Below are positions 58,115 through 64,000 of a stretch of DNA of 64,000 bases, piece after piece. A program made the translations under genes and the position numbers. The stretch's first letter is position 1, and every line of letters begins with the position of its first letter. The notes under the pieces are model-generated. The model was not told where the DNA came from. It made no database searches and saw only the letters and a list, made by a program, of their open reading frames with translations. Origin of the DNA: a virus (lineage: Duplodnaviria; Heunggongvirae; Uroviricota; Caudoviricetes; Crassvirales); the IMG/VR virus record IMGVR_UViG_3300044716_000090, positions 40,813-104,812 of that record; one strand, 5' to 3'.

Positions 58115-59689
58115 ATGGGACTATTCAGTTTAAGCTGGTTCAAAAGCCAGAAACAAAAGCAATTAGATGAATTACAACATGAGATTGAAGTTAAAAAATT
58201 AGAGAAGACACTAGAAAGACTAGATGAAAAAGAGAAACCTTCTACTTACACAATAGGGATTAGTAATCCATGGGTACCTACTACAACAAGTGTTGTTAAA
58301 CCTTATTCTAACATTAAGATTGTGAATGATGTGCTTACTGTGGTGCTTAATGATGGTTCTATCATTACTAAGTCTAAAGCTACACCAGAAGACTTCAATA
58401 ATGCCAGAGAATGTAAGACAGAAGCTTGTTTGTTGACCCTTGTAGGTTCTCCAGATATACTAAAAGAGAAGCAAGAAGCACAGGCTAAATATGAGAAAGC
58501 TAAGGCTATTCAGAAAGGTGCTGAGTATCTAGCTAAGTTTGATGATTTTGAGATGAAAGACGGTAGTCTTTATATCAAGGGAATCAATAGAAGCATTCCA
58601 CCTTTGATGGTAGATGAGTTCTTACGCATCATTGGTAATCACAGTTACAACTCTATGGAAAATGTAACAGATAGAGAAATTGATGAGGTGAATGAACTTA
58701 TACAAGAAGACGAAGAGTATCAATCTCTTAAGCGTTTCTTTATGTGGTGTTGCTTAAATCCTAGAGCTGAGGTGGCTGACAAGCTATACAACTTCCTAAA
58801 GAAGAATAGCTTCCGTATCACCAAGCAAGGATTCTTTGTAGCATTACGTAACGTTGTAACATTACATGGATCTACAGAGCTAGTACAGTTTATCAGCAAT
58901 GCTTACAACAAGACTAAAGCTGTATGGAAGAAGAACCCAGCTGATTATTTTGTATTCTTACAAGATGATGGTCAATACAAAATGGTTCACAGAGATGCTT
59001 TGTATAGGTCAGAAATGGTTGAGTGTTCTTATTGTGATGGTTATAAGTTTGTTCCAGATGAAGATAATGAGGAAGAAAACATAGAATGTCCAGAATGCGA
59101 TGGAACTGGTGAATATGAAGAAATGACATCTGTTGACTATGGTGAAAGAATTGGTAACTTAACAGACCTCTATCTTGATTTGCCTAATAGAGTAGAGAAT
59201 AGATTTACAGATGCTCACACAAAGACGTTTGACATCAGAATTGGTAGACCAGTGAACATGCCTATGGAGCAATGTAGATGGAATACTGATGATTGTGGTG
59301 CTGAAGGTCTTCACTTCACATCTGATGAGATTCATTATGTAGGTTGTGGTGATACATCTGTACTTGTACTTATCAATCCAATGAAGGTTGTAGGTATCGG
59401 TGAGTCTAAGGGTAGATGTTATGAGTATTTACCAATCATGACTGTTCCTCGTGAAGAAGCAACAGAAATCTTACATGATCTAGACTTTGATACAATGGAG
59501 CTTGATGAGAGCTATGCAATTCGCGAATTGGAAAATCTAGGTACAAAAGCTAGAGAAGGCTTTATTGCAGAAGCTAAGAAGTATGAGTTCAATCTCCCTG
59601 CTTTATCTGCTGTAGAAGTACTTAAAATCGTTAAGAACCTTGACGAAATAAGACAAGAAATCTCTAAGAGAATCGTAAATATTGACTAA
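58115..59689 (+). CDS. Protein with DnaJ-type CxxCxGxG zinc-finger repeats (524 aa)
   Basis: CSYCDGYKF ... CPECDGTGE are two CxxCxGxG units of the DnaJ cysteine-rich domain type. Remainder unknown. Confidence 0.6.
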   Translation: MGLFSLSWFKSQKQKQLDELQHEIEVKKLEKTLERLDEKEKPSTYTIGISNPWVPTTTSVVKPYSNIKIVNDVLTVVLNDGSIITKSKATPEDFNNARECKTEACLLTLVGSPDILKEKQEAQAKYEKAKAIQKGAEYLAKFDDFEMKDGSLYIKGINRSIPPLMVDEFLRIIGNHSYNSMENVTDREIDEVNELIQEDEEYQSLKRFFMWCCLNPRAEVADKLYNFLKKNSFRITKQGFFVALRNVVTLHGSTELVQFISNAYNKTKAVWKKNPADYFVFLQDDGQYKMVHRDALYRSEMVECSYCDGYKFVPDEDNEEENIECPECDGTGEYEEMTSVDYGERIGNLTDLYLDLPNRVENRFTDAHTKTFDIRIGRPVNMPMEQCRWNTDDCGAEGLHFTSDEIHYVGCGDTSVLVLINPMKVVGIGESKGRCYEYLPIMTVPREEATEILHDLDFDTMELDESYAIRELENLGTKAREGFIAEAKKYEFNLPALSAVEVLKIVKNLDEIRQEISKRIVNID

Positions 59690-59697
59690 CTTTGTAG

Positions 59698-59728
59698 GAC
59701 CAGGGGCTAAAATCCCTGGTCTTATATT
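59698..59728 (+). terminator. Rho-independent terminator
   Basis: GACCAGGG-GCTAAAAT-CCCTGGTC is a perfect 8-bp stem, followed by TTATATT. Confidence 0.6.
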
Positions 59729-59734
59729 AAGCTT

Positions 59735-60136
59735 ATGAAAAAGAACGCAACAAAGAGAAGAGCAAAAATACCTAGAGCTAAAAATCCAAAGGTGAGAAAC
59801 GCTGGTACTATGACAGAATCAGCTTTCTGGAGCTTCATTAGAAGTGCTTTGAGACAGAAATCTAGATGGTGGAAACCTATTACAGAATGCAAGATGAAAG
59901 CTCGTAGGGCATATAAAGGTCCCAGTAAGAGACAAAAATTTGAATATCAATGCAATAGCTGTAAAGAATGGTTTCCAGAGAAACAAATTAACGTGGATCA
60001 CATTAAGCCTGCAGGTAGTTTAAACTGTAAAGAAGACTTAGCAGGATTTGTAGAACGTCTGTTCTGTGAATTAGATAATCTACAGGTGCTGTGTGAGAAA
60101 TGCCATGATGTAAAAACTAAACTAGAGAAAAAATGA
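59735..60136 (+). CDS. HNH endonuclease (133 aa)
   Basis: CNSC ... VDHIKP ... NLQVLCEKCH is the canonical HNH arrangement. Confidence 0.7.
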   Translation: MKKNATKRRAKIPRAKNPKVRNAGTMTESAFWSFIRSALRQKSRWWKPITECKMKARRAYKGPSKRQKFEYQCNSCKEWFPEKQINVDHIKPAGSLNCKEDLAGFVERLFCELDNLQVLCEKCHDVKTKLEKK

Positions 60137-60402
60137 GTGATTTAGAAATAACAATCAACAAAGAGCCATCTTTTACAGAGATATGGCATGAGGGATACAT
60201 AACTTACAACTCACAAAAGCATTACTTCTGGTTAATCCACCCACGCAATGTAGATGATAAGGGAGATCCTTATGAACTAGAAGTGAGATGGTTCTTCCAG
60301 AGGGTGCCAAGAGAAGTGAGAGCTATGCATCCATATATTATAGAATCTTTTAAACAAACACTAAATGATACAGGGACCAAACAGAACAGAGGCAGCTTAT
60401 AG
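60133..60402 (+). CDS. Hypothetical (89 aa)
   Basis: ORF in track, ATGA overlap with the HNH gene. Confidence 0.45.
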   Translation: MSDLEITINKEPSFTEIWHEGYITYNSQKHYFWLIHPRNVDDKGDPYELEVRWFFQRVPREVRAMHPYIIESFKQTLNDTGTKQNRGSL

Positions 60403-61408
60403 AGCCATCCAGATGGATAGTTCTTCTAGCTTAAAAGAATTCTCTACAGACAGAAAGAAGTATTATAAGAAATACATTCTTAATGAGTCTGTGGAAGATA
60501 AAGATTCAATGGCAGCAACCATTGGTAGAGTGGTGGAGACATTGCTTATGGAACCTGAGTTATTTGATACCAGGTTTTATATGTCAACTGTTGTTAGTGC
60601 ACCAACAGGATTAATGTTAGAATTTGTAGAAGCATTGTATAAGCATACAGCCGCAGCTACAAATGCAGATGGTGTACTCACTAGAGAATTTGAAGACATT
60701 GCAAAAGATGCGCATGCTGATTCAGGATTCAAGATTACACTTGATGCTGTCCTTAAGAAGTTTGTAGGATCTGATGCAGAAATCTATTACAAAGAAATCC
60801 GTGAGGTGAGAAGCAAGGGCCTCACCGTTGTTACCACACAGGATGTAACCAATGCAGAAAAGGTTGTAGAAGAGCTTAAGGTTAATGATTTTACAGCTCC
60901 TGTTGTAAACCTAGTTAACAGCGCACGTTATAACGTGTATAACCAATTACAGATAGAAGGATATGTTGTATTTGGTCACATGTTTAAGAGCATGTTAGAT
61001 AAGGTGATTGTTGACCACCAAGAGAAAACCATCCAGGTGAGCGATCTTAAATGCACGTGGGCTGTAGAGAACTTCTATGATGAGTATTATCTCTATCGTA
61101 GAGCTTACATTCAAGGATACTTATACTATTATGCAGCAAAGCACATGTTTGATGAGCTTGTAGCTGTAGAATATGAAGTGTTACCTCCTCAGTTTATCGT
61201 TTGTGACAGCACTAACTATGCATGTCCGTTGATATTCAGAATGGATGATAACACATTCCAAGATGCAGAGCAAGGCTTTGAGTATAAAGGAAGGAAGTAT
61301 CCTGGTGTTAAGAGTCTTATTGAGGACCTCAAATGGGCTATCAAGAATGACAAATGGAACATTTCAAGAGAGAATTATTTAAATAACGGCATAGTAAAAT
61401 TAGGCTAA
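60365..61408 (+). CDS. PD-(D/E)xK-type nuclease candidate (347 aa), recombination exonuclease-like
   Basis: KVIVDHQEKTIQVSDLKCT gives the hVD ... (S)DLK pattern of the restriction-endonuclease-like fold. Assigned by motif only. Confidence 0.45.
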   Translation: MIQGPNRTEAAYRAIQMDSSSSLKEFSTDRKKYYKKYILNESVEDKDSMAATIGRVVETLLMEPELFDTRFYMSTVVSAPTGLMLEFVEALYKHTAAATNADGVLTREFEDIAKDAHADSGFKITLDAVLKKFVGSDAEIYYKEIREVRSKGLTVVTTQDVTNAEKVVEELKVNDFTAPVVNLVNSARYNVYNQLQIEGYVVFGHMFKSMLDKVIVDHQEKTIQVSDLKCTWAVENFYDEYYLYRRAYIQGYLYYYAAKHMFDELVAVEYEVLPPQFIVCDSTNYACPLIFRMDDNTFQDAEQGFEYKGRKYPGVKSLIEDLKWAIKNDKWNISRENYLNNGIVKLG

Positions 61409-61959
61409 TGGAGGCAGTAAAGACGATTACCACTATATTCATTGTTCCAATATTTAGTATTGACAAAGAAAAACTAAAAGCTAATGGGTTCGTCAATGGT
61501 TTTATAAAAGATAGCAGAAGAGATGTTCAATACAAGGATTCTGTCTATCTTTTATTTAAGCCTGAGGATCTAGATAAGTTCAAGGTATTTCTAGATGGTG
61601 AATATGAAAGAACAAAGTCTATTATAGATGATTATGATTATGAAGAGGGTTATGTTGTAGTAGTTTATCAAATCAGTCCAAGGTTATCTCCTGATATAGA
61701 GTTGGTAAAAAAGGGCAAATATTCCCAAACTTCTACCAAATTTCAGCAGATTTTCCCTAAAATTATCAAAATAAACAAACATGGCTTCCAAAAGGATGAA
61801 ATATCTCTTCAGCATAGAATCTTTAATAAGACTGAAGATTTGAAACAGTTTTGGGAAGACAAGTTAGGTGTTATATTTGATGATGACATGGAAGTTTGGC
61901 ATGGTTTTATAGAAGAAAAAGAGATTCTTGACCTAGATAAAATCAAAGAATATGTATAA
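61408..61959 (+). CDS. Hypothetical (183 aa)
   Basis: ORF in track. Confidence 0.5.
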   Translation: MEAVKTITTIFIVPIFSIDKEKLKANGFVNGFIKDSRRDVQYKDSVYLLFKPEDLDKFKVFLDGEYERTKSIIDDYDYEEGYVVVVYQISPRLSPDIELVKKGKYSQTSTKFQQIFPKIIKINKHGFQKDEISLQHRIFNKTEDLKQFWEDKLGVIFDDDMEVWHGFIEEKEILDLDKIKEYV

Positions 61960-62164
61960 CAAAGAAGTTCTAGAAGAACTAGTAAGTAAGTTTGGTATAG
62001 AAAGTACCATCCTATTCTGCAAAATGGAGGCTGTCAAAAATGCTATTCTATACGAGGATTGTATTAAGAACAATGAGAGTACAACCGATTGTATAGAGTT
62101 TGATTTTGAGAGAGACTGGTGGCAGAACAAATATGAAGAACTAAATAAAACAAAAGCCCTATGA
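61952..62164 (+). CDS. Hypothetical (70 aa)
   Basis: ORF in track. Confidence 0.4.
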   Translation: MYNKEVLEELVSKFGIESTILFCKMEAVKNAILYEDCIKNNESTTDCIEFDFERDWWQNKYEELNKTKAL

Positions 62165-62526
62165 CAGGATTAGAACTATTAGAAAAGTATGACAAGGCAG
62201 CAATTGTAGTCAAGCAATTCTACCTAAATGTTATGTTAGAATCTCTGAATGATGATAATCTTCCAGAGAGTTTCAAAGAGTATGCTCGTGAAGCAGGTAT
62301 TGATAACAATAAGATAGCTGCATTTATAGATGCTCAGCCTAGAGGATTGTTTGATGTATTTGATAACAACAAGGTTTATGTAGGAATTACCCCCAACTTC
62401 TTAGTTGGTGGTATGGAATTTAAATACACTATATCTAATGACATATCTGGTGAAGCTCCTACAAGAATGGAAGCTGAGAAGATAGCTGTTGAGAAAGCAT
62501 TTGAAATCTTAAACAATAAGTTATGA
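62161..62526 (+). CDS. Hypothetical (121 aa)
   Basis: ORF in track. Confidence 0.5.
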   Translation: MTGLELLEKYDKAAIVVKQFYLNVMLESLNDDNLPESFKEYAREAGIDNNKIAAFIDAQPRGLFDVFDNNKVYVGITPNFLVGGMEFKYTISNDISGEAPTRMEAEKIAVEKAFEILNNKL

Positions 62527-62792
62527 GTACAGACTTAATCGTAGAAGATAAAATAGTTATGAGTGTCTTGGCAAAATATGCTACACGTAGCAAGGTGGGT
62601 CAAGAAAAGTATGGCACCACTCTAGACAGTAATAACAAAGATAATTTTCTAAAGCATTTGCAGGAAGAATTGATGGATGCCACTCTCTATTTAGAGAAAA
62701 TAATGTATCTAAATCAAGAACTAACTAATTTAGTTAGAGACCATTCTAATGATGCAGAATTAGGAATGAAAATAAGAAATTTAGTTAGATAG
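62523..62792 (+). CDS. Hypothetical (89 aa)
   Basis: ORF in track. Followed by a terminator. Confidence 0.5.
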   Translation: MSTDLIVEDKIVMSVLAKYATRSKVGQEKYGTTLDSNNKDNFLKHLQEELMDATLYLEKIMYLNQELTNLVRDHSNDAELGMKIRNLVR

Positions 62793-62821
62793 AATTTTTG
62801 AAATGTCTTGGTTTATAAGAA

Positions 62822-62853
62822 GGGCGGTTGTACATTTGCAACCCCCTTTTTTT
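62822..62853 (+). terminator. Rho-independent terminator
   Basis: GGGCGGTTG-TACATTTG-CAACCCCC is a stem with one C-C mismatch, followed by TTTTTTT. Confidence 0.6.
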
Positions 62854-62878
62854 AACCAATTAAAAAACAAAACATAAC

Positions 62879-64000
62879 ATGGATTTAGGATTAGATGCGT
62901 TGAGTAAAATCACGATTTTTAGTAAGTATGCAAAGTATGTCCCAGAGAAGAAAAGAAGAGAAACCTGGGATGAAATAGTGGATAGGTATGAGACAATGAT
63001 GATCAAGAAATATCCTAATCTAAAAGATGCAATTGTAGAGAGTGCAAAGTTTATCAGAGATAAGAAGGTGTTACCCTCTATGAGAGCTTTACAATTTGCT
63101 GGTCCAGCGATGGAAGTGAATAACGCTAGAGGATACAACTGTGCTTATTTGCCAGTTGATAGCCTATATAGCTTCAGTGAGACTATGTTTCTCTTATTAG
63201 GAGGTTCTGGTGTAGGTTTTTCTGTACAGAAACACCACGTAGACCAATTACCAGCTATTAAGAAGCAACAAAGCTACAAGCAAAAGAACTATCTTATTGA
63301 GGATAGTATTATGGGATGGGCTGATGCTGTAAAGGTGTTAGTTAAGTTCTACTTTGAGGGTGGTTATAAGCCTAAGTTTGACTTTAGAGCTATCCGTGAG
63401 AAAGGAGCTAGACTGGTAACAGCTGGTGGTAAAGCACCTGGTCCAGAACCATTAAAGATTGCTTTAGCTCACATTGATGCTATTATGGAACGTAAGGAAG
63501 ATGGTAGTAAACTATCTCCTCTAGAATGCCATGATATTATGTGTCATATTGCTAATAGTGTTCTTGCAGGTGGTATTAGAAGAAGTGCTATGATTAGCCT
63601 ATTCAGCCATGATGATGAGGAAATGATTACATGTAAGTATGGCAACTGGTGGGAACTTAATGAACAACGTGGTAGAAGTAATAACTCAGCTGTCCTTAAA
63701 AGAGGTGAGGTGAGTGAAGAAGAATTTATGTCTCTATGGAAAAGAATTGAAGCATCAGGAAGTGGTGAACCAGGTATCTATTGGTCTAACGACTTAGATT
63801 GGGGAACTAATCCTTGTTGTGAAATAGGACTGCGTCCATTCCAATTCTGTAACCTATGTGAGGTAAATGTATCTGATATTAAGGATCAAGACGATCTTAA
63901 TGAAAGAGTGGCAATTGCTTCATTCTTTGGTACATTACAAGCAGGTTTCTTTGACTTTCATTACTTACGTCCTATCTGGCAAAAGACTACACAGAAAGAT
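62879..64000 (+). CDS. Ribonucleotide reductase catalytic subunit, N-terminal 374 aa; continues beyond the right window edge
   Basis: Hand translation from ATG 62879 is open to the window end. Contains GTNPCCEIGLRPFQFCNLCEVNV (RNR active-site NPC[GC]E ... CNL motif), GGIRRSAMISL and YNCAYLPV (the N-terminal Cys region). The CNLCEV variant suggests a class II-like enzyme. Confidence 0.65.
   Translation, partial: MDLGLDALSKITIFSKYAKYVPEKKRRETWDEIVDRYETMMIKKYPNLKDAIVESAKFIRDKKVLPSMRALQFAGPAMEVNNARGYNCAYLPVDSLYSFSETMFLLLGGSGVGFSVQKHHVDQLPAIKKQQSYKQKNYLIEDSIMGWADAVKVLVKFYFEGGYKPKFDFRAIREKGARLVTAGGKAPGPEPLKIALAHIDAIMERKEDGSKLSPLECHDIMCHIANSVLAGGIRRSAMISLFSHDDEEMITCKYGNWWELNEQRGRSNNSAVLKRGEVSEEEFMSLWKRIEASGSGEPGIYWSNDLDWGTNPCCEIGLRPFQFCNLCEVNVSDIKDQDDLNERVAIASFFGTLQAGFFDFHYLRPIWQKTTQKD

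Noticed and set aside
1-64000. CRISPR arrays, tRNA genes, integrase or attachment sites, lysis cassette (endolysin/holin)
   Set aside because: No regularly spaced direct repeats and no cloverleaf-like conserved tRNA segments noticed in intergenic gaps. No tyrosine or serine recombinase motifs and no lysozyme, amidase or peptidase signatures recognised. They may lie outside the window.

Overview
This window reads as a dsDNA tailed-phage genome segment with low GC (about one third). It has two divergent transcription blocks. A leftward virion/packaging block spans positions 1-38716. A rightward early/replication block spans about 39722-64000. The two blocks meet in a poorly coding, structure-rich control region (38717-39721). 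The leftward block encodes a large terminase, a portal, an SPFH/band-7 protein where a prohead protease would normally sit, an acidic scaffold, a major capsid protein, several tail-fibre/adhesin proteins with poly-threonine linkers, a metallophosphoesterase, and a run of giant virion proteins (1775 aa, 1065 aa, 857 aa, and a protein of more than 1600 aa truncated at the window edge). The rightward block encodes two small lipoproteins, a strongly acidic protein, many small early ORFs, a family-B DNA polymerase, a DnaB-like helicase, an SF2 helicase, a P-loop ATPase, a DnaG-like primase with a degenerate zinc finger, a UDG homologue, a GHKL (Hsp90/MutL-type) ATPase followed by a DnaJ-type zinc-finger protein and an HNH nuclease, a PD-(D/E)xK nuclease, and a ribonucleotide reductase that runs off the right edge. 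I found no tRNA, CRISPR array, integrase or recognisable lysis cassette. Large virion proteins, threonine linkers, an HU-like protein and a UDG are consistent with a crAss-like or other Bacteroidota-infecting podovirus; I infer this from the sequence and have not run a search.
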